A DNA stretch of 42,921 nucleotides, taken from the IMG/VR virus record IMGVR_UViG_3300022542_000376; one strand, 5' to 3'. Positions 1-9,231 of the stretch are shown here, one piece after another. A program made the translations under genes and the position numbers. Source of the DNA: a virus. Every line of letters begins with the position of its first letter. Positions within the stretch are counted from its first letter, which is position 1. The notes beneath the pieces are model-generated. The model had not been told where the DNA came from, did not search any database, and saw only the letters and a program-made list of their open reading frames with translations.

Positions 1-141
1 AGCCAAAGACGAGTCCGATGCAGGACAGGCAGCCCTGATAGATGATATGCCACCCACTCACGCAGCGGACGGTACGGACAAGTCCACTATTGACGAGACT
101 GACTACTGGACGGACGTGGATGACCTGGATGAGACCGGCAC
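1..141. repeat. Terminal overlap identical to 42781-42921 (circular closure signature)
   Basis: Base-by-base comparison of the two window ends. Confidence 0.97.
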
Positions 142-1222
142 AACTGAGAATCCTGACCTTACCGTTGAGACCATTCAAGCTTTGATGGTGACACACGTAG
201 CAGGCACTTTCGGCGCCGAAGACACAGAACTAAATAAGTACAACTACTCGCCCGACCAAGGCACCACCGTTTATACAGATGTGGAGGAGGGCGGTCGTGT
301 AATCCAGGTCGGGGCGGAGTTATCTGGAAGCCCCGTTAACTGGTGGACTCATGCAGGCTATTTTCCCTGGACGCCGGAGACCACTTCGCGTTCATGGACA
401 GAGGCTATCTTCGAGGCGTCTCAGTACGGCATCAGCCTCATAAATACTAAGACTGACCAGATGACAGTGCAGGTCATCTTCTTCGGGTCGAGCCATGAGT
501 GGAGCCCACCAGCCGGGGAGATTGAGTGGCTCTCAGGTATCATTGCAGCACAGTCAGGGCTCTCTGGTGTCCTAATCAGAGACCGTTCCCTCTCAGGTTC
601 CATTGGGAGTGTATCCGTGCTTACAGGGCTGTTAGTGCGAGATAGACCACTATCGGGCCTCATAGATAGCCAGTCTGGGCTATCAGGCTCATTAGGAAGG
701 CTTCGTTCTCTCTCAGGCTCAATAGATGCTGTCTCTGCACTTGTAGGCGCTCTGGAGGTGCTGAGGGAGCTACAGGGAGTCATTGCTGGCCAGTCTCAAC
801 TCACAGGCAACATAACTCGTGACCGTAAGTTGGCAGGCTCTATCGACGGACAATCCTCCATGTCTGCCACACTAAATGTTCTCATAGCCTTGCAGGGTAC
901 AATTGATGGTCAGTCCGGCCTCTCTGCTACGTTGAATGCTCTCTTGGCCCTGCAGGGTGCTATCGATGGACAATCCTCCCTCGATGGTACTCTTTCCATG
1001 GTGTACGGTCTGGGGGGTACTATCGAGGCCGTCAGTACCATATCAGGTAACCTTGTAGTGCTGTTTAGTTTATCGGGCACCATAGCCTGTGTATGTGTTA
1101 TTGATGGCAATCTAACTATCATACACCCATCACCACTACGGCTTGATGCTGCTGCAAGGGCCATACCACATCCTCTATTTGGTGATGCATGGCAGCAACC
1201 GAAGGAGCCTCCAGATGGCTAA
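2..1222 (+). CDS. Tail fibre protein, C-terminal part (continues 42101-42921 across the junction; whole protein about 634 aa)
   Basis: Same reading frame as 42101-42921 once 42780 is subtracted, with no stop between. Contains 20 decapeptide repeats. Stop TAA 1220-1222 overlaps the next start (ATGGCTAA). Confidence 0.8.
   Translation, partial: AKDESDAGQAALIDDMPPTHAADGTDKSTIDETDYWTDVDDLDETGTTENPDLTVETIQALMVTHVAGTFGAEDTELNKYNYSPDQGTTVYTDVEEGGRVIQVGAELSGSPVNWWTHAGYFPWTPETTSRSWTEAIFEASQYGISLINTKTDQMTVQVIFFGSSHEWSPPAGEIEWLSGIIAAQSGLSGVLIRDRSLSGSIGSVSVLTGLLVRDRPLSGLIDSQSGLSGSLGRLRSLSGSIDAVSALVGALEVLRELQGVIAGQSQLTGNITRDRKLAGSIDGQSSMSATLNVLIALQGTIDGQSGLSATLNALLALQGAIDGQSSLDGTLSMVYGLGGTIEAVSTISGNLVVLFSLSGTIACVCVIDGNLTIIHPSPLRLDAAARAIPHPLFGDAWQQPKEPPDG
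527..1126 (+). repeat. Coding tandem repeat: 20 x 30 nt (decapeptide x-L-x-G-x-I/L-x-x-x-x), alternating as a 20-aa super-repeat
   Basis: Track ORF aa 161-360 align in exact 10-residue register (WLSGIIAAQS/GLSGVLIRDR/SLSGSIGSVS ... VIDGNLTIIH). Confidence 0.9.
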
Positions 1223-1943
1223 AGCTAGGGAAGATGTAGTCATACCCGGGGCCGTGGCCAGAGTAGACATTAGTATGCCTGGGGCCTCATCTGGCGGTGC
1301 AGGTGTATGTGCTCCTGTAGACACCAACCTTGACGAGAACCCGTCCTTTGAGGTCAACCTCAATGGCGTGACAACAACAAATTGTACTATCGAGAGGTCT
1401 GGTACCAAGGTCGAGTATGGTTCCTACAGCTGCCGAGCGGAGGCAACAGGAATCCCTGTGATACTGTTCAAGAAGCGAGGGGTTGATTACTTTTCTATAG
1501 TGGCAGGCAGGGCATATGTCCATTCCGTTTTGGCTCAGCTTGAGACGGGTGACACTGGGATGGCGCAGATCGCTATACAGTGGTACGATGCAGGCGAGAA
1601 CCTTGTTTATACTCATAACTCTAGCCTCTACTCCCTTAGCGATTCGGCCTGGGAGGTAATGCAGGTAGTGGGCACGGCGCCTGCCAATGCCGTGTATGCT
1701 CAACTTTATTGCCTCGCTATCCTTAGTAGTGGTGAGGCCATCTACCTCGATGGTCAAGAGTTCCGGTGTGCTCCGTCTTACGTTGGGCCTTATATTGATG
1801 GCGATCAGGAGTCGTGTCTTTGGGAGGGAACCGTTCATCAGTCGGTTAGCATCCGTGAGGCAGCGCTTTCCCGTCCACCTGTGGGACTTGGTGTAGGTGC
1901 AGAGCCTATACCATTGGCAAGGGCTAAGAGACAGAGGGAGTAA
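1215..1943 (+). CDS. Tail-associated protein with a carbohydrate-binding-module-like (jelly-roll) domain, 242 aa
   Basis: ATG 1215 preceded by GAAGGAG (1201-1207). The track start 1143 lies inside the upstream gene. NPSFE...W...Y..G pattern resembles CBM4/9-type modules. Lies next to the fibre gene. Confidence 0.6.
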   Translation: MAKAREDVVIPGAVARVDISMPGASSGGAGVCAPVDTNLDENPSFEVNLNGVTTTNCTIERSGTKVEYGSYSCRAEATGIPVILFKKRGVDYFSIVAGRAYVHSVLAQLETGDTGMAQIAIQWYDAGENLVYTHNSSLYSLSDSAWEVMQVVGTAPANAVYAQLYCLAILSSGEAIYLDGQEFRCAPSYVGPYIDGDQESCLWEGTVHQSVSIREAALSRPPVGLGVGAEPIPLARAKRQRE

Positions 1944-1949
1944 CACACT

Positions 1950-3065
1950 ATGGCTGGAATTGACGTTTTCGTTACCGTAGAGGACATAACCACTAAGATG
2001 CTCACCTATGAGAGCATTGAGCTACACAGGGCTGACACGCTAGGAGGGGCGTATGCACTGAAGGAGACCGAACCTCTCGTGGCGGATACCTACTACTACA
2101 CCATTAACAACAGCGATGGCAACCTCAACCACTGGTACAAGTTCCGCTTTCATCATGCCACGGGACCTGTCAACTCACCCTTCTCCAATCCGTTCCGAGT
2201 TGATGGTGTTACTAGGCTGAGAGGGCGGCAGGCTGCTCTGGCTAAGTATGGTGCGGGCATAGTCATTGCCAACACGGGCACTGTAGCAACTAAGATCACT
2301 ACCTCTGACTACCGCTTCAAGACTCCTCTATTTCGTACAGACCGAGGCAAAGGTTCCTGGGTGTTAGTTGCCACAGGGAACAGAGTAGGGGATATGCGGA
2401 TAGTCAAGTCCTCCGACCCGACAGCTGGCGACCTTGATGTATCACCTGACTTTAGTGGTGCCTTGGCTGATGGTGATGAGGTAGAATGGCATACTCTGGC
2501 CGACCCTACCGTATGGAACGATGCTCTCAATAGAGGTATGGTTCGCTACTCCTACATGGATAGGGTGCCTCTGCAGGGTGTATCGGGTCAGGAGGAGTAC
2601 GACCTGTCCATGATACCTTGGCTTATTGATCCTGAGCAAATCCATGATGTGAGGCACTACCCTGTCTCTACTGTGGATATTGACAAGCCTTATGGCATTG
2701 GAGGCAAGTGGTGGCGGCCTCGATGGGACAGAGAGAGAATTATCCTCCAAGTCCACCCTGCTACCACCGATGTACTGTACCTGGAGTGTACGCGGCCTAT
2801 GCCTCCACTCTACACTGATGACTCAGCGGCCCCACCTGTCTGTGCTGAGGAGCTAGTGGCAGCCTTGGCCTATGATGAGGTACTGGCTTGGCTGAGTCGT
2901 CCTACCAATGGTACATCTGAGGAGCGAGAGAGTTGGAGGAAGCAGCGTAGGGCACACTTGCCTGAGTTACGTCGTCTACTGTATAAGCACCGGCCTAAAC
3001 CTAGGTACGGCCCTGTGCAGCTTCCCTACCCACCAGTATCTCCATCAAGATTTAAGGCGAGGTAG
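1950..3065 (+). CDS. Virion/tail structural protein, 371 aa, function unknown
   Basis: ORF in the late operon; GGGAG upstream of the ATG; tightly packed with neighbours. Confidence 0.6.
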   Translation: MAGIDVFVTVEDITTKMLTYESIELHRADTLGGAYALKETEPLVADTYYYTINNSDGNLNHWYKFRFHHATGPVNSPFSNPFRVDGVTRLRGRQAALAKYGAGIVIANTGTVATKITTSDYRFKTPLFRTDRGKGSWVLVATGNRVGDMRIVKSSDPTAGDLDVSPDFSGALADGDEVEWHTLADPTVWNDALNRGMVRYSYMDRVPLQGVSGQEEYDLSMIPWLIDPEQIHDVRHYPVSTVDIDKPYGIGGKWWRPRWDRERIILQVHPATTDVLYLECTRPMPPLYTDDSAAPPVCAEELVAALAYDEVLAWLSRPTNGTSEERESWRKQRRAHLPELRRLLYKHRPKPRYGPVQLPYPPVSPSRFKAR

Positions 3066-3067
3066 CC

Positions 3068-4918
3068 ATGCCTGAGATTCTACACAATATAGCAACGGTT
3101 CAGATCGGCACCGAGTCCTATCAACTGGTGCGTAGGGGTACGGAGGGCACTCTACGCAGAGAGTTTGTGGATGAGCCACCATGGAGCGAGGGCATGCCTA
3201 ACATCCTGTCCGAGCCCTCTGACACATGGCACCTAGGTGGGTTGAAGTCCCGCCCAGGCTTTCCAGGCACATCCGAATATGGCTCAAACACCGATTGTAG
3301 GTGGCCGAACAGGATACTACCTGGGCCACAGGTATCTACTATCACCCTGACTGGTAGCGTAGGCCGGCCTACCCGCTTCTTCGAGGCTCTAGGTCACCTG
3401 TTTGTTCTTGCAGGGAGAAAGGCCTACCGCATTGACCCTGCGGATGACTCAGTGGTAATGAGCAAGGATTTGTACAGTTGGTCGGAAAACTATAATGACT
3501 ACTTCATTGATGGGCTGAGATGGGAAGGCGACATTGGGATAGTAACCTGGCGTAGTAACGACGATGACTTGGATATTATGTCGAAGGTTACAGCCCTAGG
3601 GACTCCTGATACGTGGGTCTTGCCATCACCAACAGCGCACGCGACCTGGATGGCTGCAGGCATTGACCGCCTGTTTTGTGTTGACATAGAGGGGCTACTC
3701 AAAAACATAGTCTCAGGACTCGACCCTACAGATCCTTACAAACACTCGGACCTCATCCAATGTGGAGACACCTCATCGGTTCCTACTGGGCTTGTGGCCT
3801 ATGGCAAGACGGTGCTCGTTGGAAAGCCCGAAGGGGTGTTTGGTGTTGACGCTGAGGGCCTTGGAGTTCCTCTTGTCAAGCGCATCCAGCGGAATGATGA
3901 CAACTTCAGGGGTATGACAAACGTTGACCCCTATGTGTTCCTTCCACACGGCCGAGGAGTGTACCGCTGGGTGCCTGGTTACGTTGAAAGCGTAGGCATT
4001 GAGAGAGAGCTCCTCAACGAGTCTATTGTCAGGGGTGGGTTCAACGCCTTTGCTGTTGATGGCAGATGGATTCTTGGTGTCATAATGATAGGTGGCATTG
4101 GTGGAAGTGCCATGATTATGATGGCCAGGGACCGTACCGAGGACGAGGCTGGGTTTGGCCCTTATGTCTGGGATACTCTTGTCTATTTGGTGGGGGTGGA
4201 TTGCGAGGCAATACACGTCTCTAGCCTCTGGGACCCTCCTCGTGTTTTCTTTGGGCATGATTACAATGTAGGCTACTTCAAGGTTTCCTCGGGTGGTGGC
4301 GCTCCTGATGTTGTTGGCACCGATTATCGCTTTGCTACATCAGGCAAGCGTTACACCCGCAAGTACGGCTTTGGTGATAGAGGTGTTAAGGACTTTGTCA
4401 AGGTGGTCGTAGTCGGTGAGGGACTAACGGCCAACCGTTACTGGGAGGTATACTACAACGTGGACGGGGGAGGCTATTCCAAACTCGACGTTGACGGTAA
4501 TGACATGAAGATAGACTCAGATGGCCGTAAGACCTTCTACCTCCCCAAAACTGCTGTAGGCCACGAGATTCGGTTCTACCTTGAGTGCACAGGCGATTCC
4601 AACAGCTACCCACCTGAGCTAACCTACTTCGAGCCTTTCGCGGTTCCTCAAAGCCGCAAGGTCCCCCTCATACCCATCACGCTCAGGCTGGCCGAGGGGA
4701 CTGGCCATGGTGTTGGCAGGGAAGCGCGAGGAGCCGATAAGCAGCTTAACGACCTTATCACTCTATCAGAAAGTGCCACGGCTATAGACCTGAAGGGCCC
4801 TTGGGGTGACTTCTCAGGCTGGGTGCGCAAGGTAAGAGTGGTGGACATGGTGCAGGAAGGCTCATCCCCACCAGAACTAATCACCGAAGCCCTGTTGCAG
4901 CGAAGGGAGGAGTCATAG
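3068..4918 (+). CDS. Large tail structural protein, 616 aa (nozzle or tubular-type candidate)
   Basis: ORF in the late tail block; GAGG upstream; size and position only. Confidence 0.55.
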   Translation: MPEILHNIATVQIGTESYQLVRRGTEGTLRREFVDEPPWSEGMPNILSEPSDTWHLGGLKSRPGFPGTSEYGSNTDCRWPNRILPGPQVSTITLTGSVGRPTRFFEALGHLFVLAGRKAYRIDPADDSVVMSKDLYSWSENYNDYFIDGLRWEGDIGIVTWRSNDDDLDIMSKVTALGTPDTWVLPSPTAHATWMAAGIDRLFCVDIEGLLKNIVSGLDPTDPYKHSDLIQCGDTSSVPTGLVAYGKTVLVGKPEGVFGVDAEGLGVPLVKRIQRNDDNFRGMTNVDPYVFLPHGRGVYRWVPGYVESVGIERELLNESIVRGGFNAFAVDGRWILGVIMIGGIGGSAMIMMARDRTEDEAGFGPYVWDTLVYLVGVDCEAIHVSSLWDPPRVFFGHDYNVGYFKVSSGGGAPDVVGTDYRFATSGKRYTRKYGFGDRGVKDFVKVVVVGEGLTANRYWEVYYNVDGGGYSKLDVDGNDMKIDSDGRKTFYLPKTAVGHEIRFYLECTGDSNSYPPELTYFEPFAVPQSRKVPLIPITLRLAEGTGHGVGREARGADKQLNDLITLSESATAIDLKGPWGDFSGWVRKVRVVDMVQEGSSPPELITEALLQRREES

Positions 4919-5574
4919 TGCCCACCACCGAGGAGCGCCTTAGGCGAGTTGAGGCACAGCTTGGCACCCTTCTTGAGGACCACCGTATTGGTTCCGCCCT
5001 ACAAGGGCCATTCCCAGTATCAGACACCTCTATGAGGTACAGGCGTGTTGGTAGTGGGATTTACTATCTCCCTGGCACTGTAGCCGCAGTCCAGGACAAC
5101 ACTAGGAACATGGCCGTAACTGCCAATAGGATATATGCCTTGCCTTTCCTCGTGGTCAACAGGTTGCGCGTTAACCGATTAGCTAGCTATACCCAGGCAG
5201 GTGCAGCCGGCAACAGCCGCATGGGAATATATCGTGATGGGGCAGACCTGGTTCCTCATTCTCTAGTCTCAGGCTCAGGTTCCGTTGCGGTTGGAGCTAC
5301 AGCTAATTACCATGATTTCAGTCCTCCTGTTACTCTCCACCGAGGCTTATACTGGATAGCACTTTGCTTTAGCGCTACTCCTACCATGTTCAGGCTACCC
5401 TATGAACAGGGAGTGGCCTGGGAGATTCTAGGCCGTCAGATTGGTATTTCGACTGCCTTCTCAATAGGCTGGATAGCTAATCACGCCTTCGCGCCCTTAC
5501 AGAGTATATTCCCTTCTACGGGCTTGGCTAAGGCAAGAGACCTGCCCCTCATGTGGATCAGGCTAGTACCGTAA
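4918..5574 (+). CDS. Tail-module protein, 218 aa, unknown function
   Basis: GTG start overlapping the upstream stop (TAGTG), with GGAGGAG 5 nt upstream. Confidence 0.55.
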   Translation: MPTTEERLRRVEAQLGTLLEDHRIGSALQGPFPVSDTSMRYRRVGSGIYYLPGTVAAVQDNTRNMAVTANRIYALPFLVVNRLRVNRLASYTQAGAAGNSRMGIYRDGADLVPHSLVSGSGSVAVGATANYHDFSPPVTLHRGLYWIALCFSATPTMFRLPYEQGVAWEILGRQIGISTAFSIGWIANHAFAPLQSIFPSTGLAKARDLPLMWIRLVP

Positions 5575-5584
5575 AGGAGATAGT

Positions 5585-5794
5585 ATGCTAGAGCGTACAA
5601 CAGGTAACACAGGCAACCCTATCCAGGACGGCATAACCCGTGCGGGCTTGGTGAGTGCAGTACAGGCAGTTGTGGCCTTCACTGTTCTCCGATGGGAGTG
5701 GCTCACGGTGGAGGAACTGGCCCTGCTAGAAATCCCTATAGTGTTCGTTGCTGTAGGTCTGTGGGGAATATATGACCATGTTAGGAGGAGGTAG
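5585..5794 (+). CDS. Holin candidate, 69 aa, two predicted TM helices and a basic C-terminus
   Basis: AAGGAG RBS. Hydrophobic stretches AGLVSAVQAVVAFTVL and LALLEIPIVFVAVGLWGIY, ends in RRR. Lies immediately upstream of the endolysin. Confidence 0.55.
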   Translation: MLERTTGNTGNPIQDGITRAGLVSAVQAVVAFTVLRWEWLTVEELALLEIPIVFVAVGLWGIYDHVRRR

Positions 5795-5796
5795 GA

Positions 5797-6861
5797 ATGG
5801 ATACTGACACCTGGATAGCTAGTGTATCCTGGGATTACCCGGGACTGTGTGGCCAGGACGACACGAAGATTCCCCTGGCTAATGTTTGGTTCCGTGTAGC
5901 CTATGGGCTTGGCTACCTTGGCGATGCCTACGTGACGAAGATGCGTAACCGCTACGAGGCGCAGGGCATCGGTTTCTACGGTGTCATCGTCCCATCAGGA
6001 ACCTCCAACTGGCCATTGCAGCGGTCGCAGGCCCTTGCTGCTCTACGCCTCTGCCGTGGACTGGAGTTTGACGTGGAGCCCTATGGTGGATACCTCGGCT
6101 CCGAGGCAGGTCTACAAGCTTGGGTTGATAACGTTTTAGCTCCTCTCCGTTTCGACCATCCTGATGATGTGAGAGGCAAGGATATCTCCCTCTGCTACGA
6201 TCCTAGAGAGCAATGGCTAGACGGCTGGGACTTCCCTCGTGCTGTCAGCCTCAGTGACTCCCTAGCTCCAATGGTCTACACGGGAATGTTCGGAGCACAT
6301 GCCGTCTGGGGTAATCCCATGAAGGCAATCCAACAAGCCCGTCAGCAGTGTCCTGATGAGAAGGTCTACCGGCCAATCCTGCAAACCTACAGCATCAACC
6401 CTGCCGACACGCTGACTTCATTCAAGGAGGCCCTACGGCTAGGTGGCAAGCCAATCCTGTTCCGTCGCGGAGTAACACCAGTGGAGACGTGGCGGGCTAT
6501 TGAGGCCATCCCAGTCGAAGGCCCACCACCCGCCGTACCACATCCAGTCCCACCAGAGGAAGGAGAACTTACAATGAGTCAGTATGAGGAGTTGAAGGCG
6601 GAGATTCACCGCCTAGACAAGCGAATTGACCAGATACCTGCTGGCCCTCCTGGTCCTCCAGGTCCACCTGGACCCCCTAGTGGCGGCTTTGCCCCTCCTC
6701 AAGGGGCTGTTTACACCACCGTAGTCAGTGGTGACACTGCTGGAGGAATCGCAGCAGAGAACGGGATTACCTTCAATCAACTCAAGGCGTTGAATCCAGG
6801 CCAGCCCCGTTCAGGCAACTGGAACCTCATCTATCCTGGGGAGAAGTTCAGGGTGCGCTAG
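5797..6861 (+). CDS. Endolysin: glycoside-hydrolase-like TIM-barrel domain (FDVE motif), coiled coil, collagen-like PGPPGPPGPPGPP linker, C-terminal LysM
   Basis: LysM signature YTTVVSGDTAGGIAAENGITFNQLKALNP...IYPGEKFRV at the C-terminus. Last gene of the late operon, directly after the holin candidate. Confidence 0.8.
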   Translation: MDTDTWIASVSWDYPGLCGQDDTKIPLANVWFRVAYGLGYLGDAYVTKMRNRYEAQGIGFYGVIVPSGTSNWPLQRSQALAALRLCRGLEFDVEPYGGYLGSEAGLQAWVDNVLAPLRFDHPDDVRGKDISLCYDPREQWLDGWDFPRAVSLSDSLAPMVYTGMFGAHAVWGNPMKAIQQARQQCPDEKVYRPILQTYSINPADTLTSFKEALRLGGKPILFRRGVTPVETWRAIEAIPVEGPPPAVPHPVPPEEGELTMSQYEELKAEIHRLDKRIDQIPAGPPGPPGPPGPPSGGFAPPQGAVYTTVVSGDTAGGIAAENGITFNQLKALNPGQPRSGNWNLIYPGEKFRVR

Positions 6862-8642
6862 GAACCCCAAATAGGACTTACACTGGCCTTGAACGGAGTG
6901 TGAATCCCAGGGAGCACATGGGCCAGGTCCTCAGGGAACTCTACTACACCATCCACTAGGATTTCATCATGCACCTGTAGGGCCTGATCCATGCCTAGTT
7001 TGTCACACTTGAGCATCGCTCGCTTGACTACACCAGCGGCGCTTCCCTGTGGGATGTAGTTAATAGCACACTTTTCAATATGCTCATAAGGAGCTGTGCC
7101 TAGCTCAGGCAGTTTGCACCTGCGTCCATCTAAGGTCTCGGCATAGCCTCTACTGGGGCCCTCCTCAATCTGCCGTTGTATCCAGTTGTAGGCAACCTTG
7201 TACCTAACTATCCATACTTCGCGGCAGTCGGTACACACAGATATAGGCAGCTTGGAGTGCTCCGCTAGGGTCTTGATTTTGGCATTGAAGGACATGGCAA
7301 AGTTGAAGTCCTTGGCCTTTCGCCTCACTGTTGAGTTATCTGGGTTGGAGTCGGGCCATAGGGTAAGTTGTGTATCAGCATGGACACTGCCCCCCTCCTC
7401 GTACACCTTCATCATCACAGGGTCTTGGGAGGCGTAGGCTATCATCCTCATCTCAATCTCACTATAGTCAGCCCAGGACCAGGCCCCTGAGTCTGGTGCA
7501 AACACATCCCTGATGGGCTTAGGAATGTTCTGCATATTGTCGTCATACGAGGCTAACCTTGATGTGCTAAGGTCTAAGCGGAAGTGTGTATATGCTCTGT
7601 CCTCACCCAGCCACTTCCGCAGGTAGGTGCTTAGTAGCTTGGCCACCTCTCTGTATTTTAGCACTACACCTGCTAGGGGGTCGGATAGCTCTGATAGTAC
7701 CTCGTCATCCGTTTTAAGCTGCTTCTTAGACCTAGTGAAAGGCAGCCAGTTCCCTCTCTGTGCGAGTATGAAGCCCACCTGCTGTGGACTGCTAGGATTG
7801 AAGAACTCTTTGTCACAGATGTCCTCATAGAACAGCTTTTCCTTACTATACTTCTCATACCAGTTGCCTACGCGGTTTGGTCGTAGGGCCAGCCCCCGCA
7901 TGGACATTCTCATCAGCAATGGTATGATACGGATGTCTACTTGGTAACAGTCCTTCATCTGAGGGCTGACGTAATATGAGGTAGGTTCCGTTGGGTCGTA
8001 CCCTTCAACTAGGTTAGGCTCATAGCTCCATGTGTGACCATCTGGCTCCCACCATGCACCACCACCCAGCTTGCTATGCAATCGTATGGTGGCTAGACAG
8101 TCTCTCATGCACTTGTGGGCGACTGTCTCGGTGGACAAGTCCAGCATGTTCTGGCGGGCCGGTAGGATGTCACTAATAGCGGCGATTATCATAGAGAGGT
8201 AGGCTCTGGCCATATCCTGTAGTGAGCCTACAGGCAACCCTTGCACACGCCCCATAAGGGATGAGTCAGCTAATAGTGGATGTTCCCTTGACCCATAGTA
8301 GACTGGCCCTATAAAGCCATCACCATCAGGGACATCTAACTCCTCCCGTGTCAAATAGTTGTCCAGGGCGTGGAGGTCATAGGGAGCATTGTGGAATGCC
8401 TTAACGCAAGGGCTGGCCAGTAGTCTCCAGGCCAAGGCCAGGTACTTGGATGTATGCCATGTAGGGAAGTAGACTGCCTCACGCTCATTCAGTCCTATAC
8501 CAAAGCCAATCATGCGACGGTCTTTGAGGGAGACAGTCTCAGTGTCCACCGAGATTAGAGTAGGGGTCTCCTGCTCCAACCGTGCTATGAGTTGGTCCTC
8601 AGTGTAGTTGTTAGGGCCAAGGTAGGCTATGTCAGCCACCAC
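6858..8642 (-). CDS. Family A DNA polymerase with 3'-5' exonuclease domain
   Basis: Exo motif VDTETVSL; pol motif A ADYSEIEMRMIAYASQD; motif B RRKAKDFNFAMSF; motif C QVHDEILVD. Start uncertain: GTG 8642 or 8639 just after the upstream stop, while the track gives GTG 8693. Confidence 0.93.
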   Translation of the reverse strand: MVADIAYLGPNNYTEDQLIARLEQETPTLISVDTETVSLKDRRMIGFGIGLNEREAVYFPTWHTSKYLALAWRLLASPCVKAFHNAPYDLHALDNYLTREELDVPDGDGFIGPVYYGSREHPLLADSSLMGRVQGLPVGSLQDMARAYLSMIIAAISDILPARQNMLDLSTETVAHKCMRDCLATIRLHSKLGGGAWWEPDGHTWSYEPNLVEGYDPTEPTSYYVSPQMKDCYQVDIRIIPLLMRMSMRGLALRPNRVGNWYEKYSKEKLFYEDICDKEFFNPSSPQQVGFILAQRGNWLPFTRSKKQLKTDDEVLSELSDPLAGVVLKYREVAKLLSTYLRKWLGEDRAYTHFRLDLSTSRLASYDDNMQNIPKPIRDVFAPDSGAWSWADYSEIEMRMIAYASQDPVMMKVYEEGGSVHADTQLTLWPDSNPDNSTVRRKAKDFNFAMSFNAKIKTLAEHSKLPISVCTDCREVWIVRYKVAYNWIQRQIEEGPSRGYAETLDGRRCKLPELGTAPYEHIEKCAINYIPQGSAAGVVKRAMLKCDKLGMDQALQVHDEILVDGVVEFPEDLAHVLPGIHTPFKASVSPIWGS

Positions 8643-8643
8643 A

Positions 8644-8901
8644 TCACCAGTTGACCCTCCCGTATCCCTCAACAGGCATCTCGAACTTTCCACTGATTGT
8701 GATTTGTATCTGATACTTGCCTAACTTGATAAAGAGGCATCCGTCTCTCAGTAGGGTTTCCTTATACGGAGGAGGCATATATGTGGTGAGGTCGCGCACC
8801 AGGCCAATCATGTTCTCTGCATCGGCGTGAGCCATGATCTCATGGGCTGTGAGTTGAGGTTCAGGCTTATGAGCATGAGAGCCCCTGTGTGCCTTAGTCA
8901 T
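8644..8901 (-). CDS. Hypothetical protein, 85 aa
   Basis: ATG with GGAGAGGG upstream; packed in the operon. Confidence 0.55.
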   Translation of the reverse strand: MTKAHRGSHAHKPEPQLTAHEIMAHADAENMIGLVRDLTTYMPPPYKETLLRDGCLFIKLGKYQIQITISGKFEMPVEGYGRVNW

Positions 8902-9231
8902 CTATTCCCTCTCCCCACGGGTGATCTGCGCCATTGTCTCCATGAAACGCTCCTCACCAAGGGCTATCATCTCATCCCAATCGTAGCCTAGTTCGTAGGC
9001 TAGCAGCCTGAGTTGAGTCACCGAATCGGCAACTGCGATCATTGCCTCCGCACGGTAGGCTTGCCACCGACCGGAGTTTCGACGCAGATGGTCACATGCC
9101 TCTAGCTTGTATGTAGCCTTGGCTAGGTCACCTATCTGGTACGAGAGGCAATGCATCCTCATCGTACGGTGACAAAGTGGAAGTCCAGTGGCCTTTACTG
9201 CGAGGTCCCTGAGTGCGCTAATAGGAGTCAT
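8902..9231 (-). CDS. MazG-like all-alpha NTP-pyrophosphohydrolase-fold protein (tentative; acidic metal-binding motifs look degenerate)
   Basis: Helix pattern ...IGDLAKA... and AEAMIAVADSVTQLRLLAYELGYDWDEM resembles MazG/dCTPase helices. ATGA overlap with dcd. Confidence 0.35.
   Translation of the reverse strand: MTPISALRDLAVKATGLPLCHRTMRMHCLSYQIGDLAKATYKLEACDHLRRNSGRWQAYRAEAMIAVADSVTQLRLLAYELGYDWDEMIALGEERFMETMAQITRGERE

Noticed and set aside
527-1126. CRISPR-like or other non-coding tandem array.
   Set aside because: The periodic 30/60-nt units are in frame within an ORF and conserved at protein rather than DNA level. There are no repeat-spacer alternations anywhere in the window.
1143-1214. 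N-terminal extensions offered by the track (1143 for 1215-1943, 31819 for 31915-32172, 25711 for 25810-26487, 18193 for 17030-17914, 25736 for 24954-25532, 21397 for 20855-21343, 13878 for 13564-13758).
   Set aside because: Each extension overlaps the upstream gene or lies upstream of the promoter. A downstream ATG with a good AGGAG-type RBS or a stop-start overlap fits better.
1-1943. Diversity-generating retroelement targeting the fibre or CBM-like genes.
   Set aside because: No reverse transcriptase ORF and no template/variable repeat pair were seen anywhere in the genome.
1287-1946. 219-aa minus-strand ORF antisense to the CBM-like gene. Similar long antisense ORFs occur at 28107-28724, 39557-40084, 41654-42193, 3773-4258 and 29541-29942.
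   Set aside because: They lie fully inside well-supported plus-strand late genes, lack RBSs, and translate to Arg/Ser/Leu/Cys-rich low-plausibility sequence. They are typical shadow ORFs.
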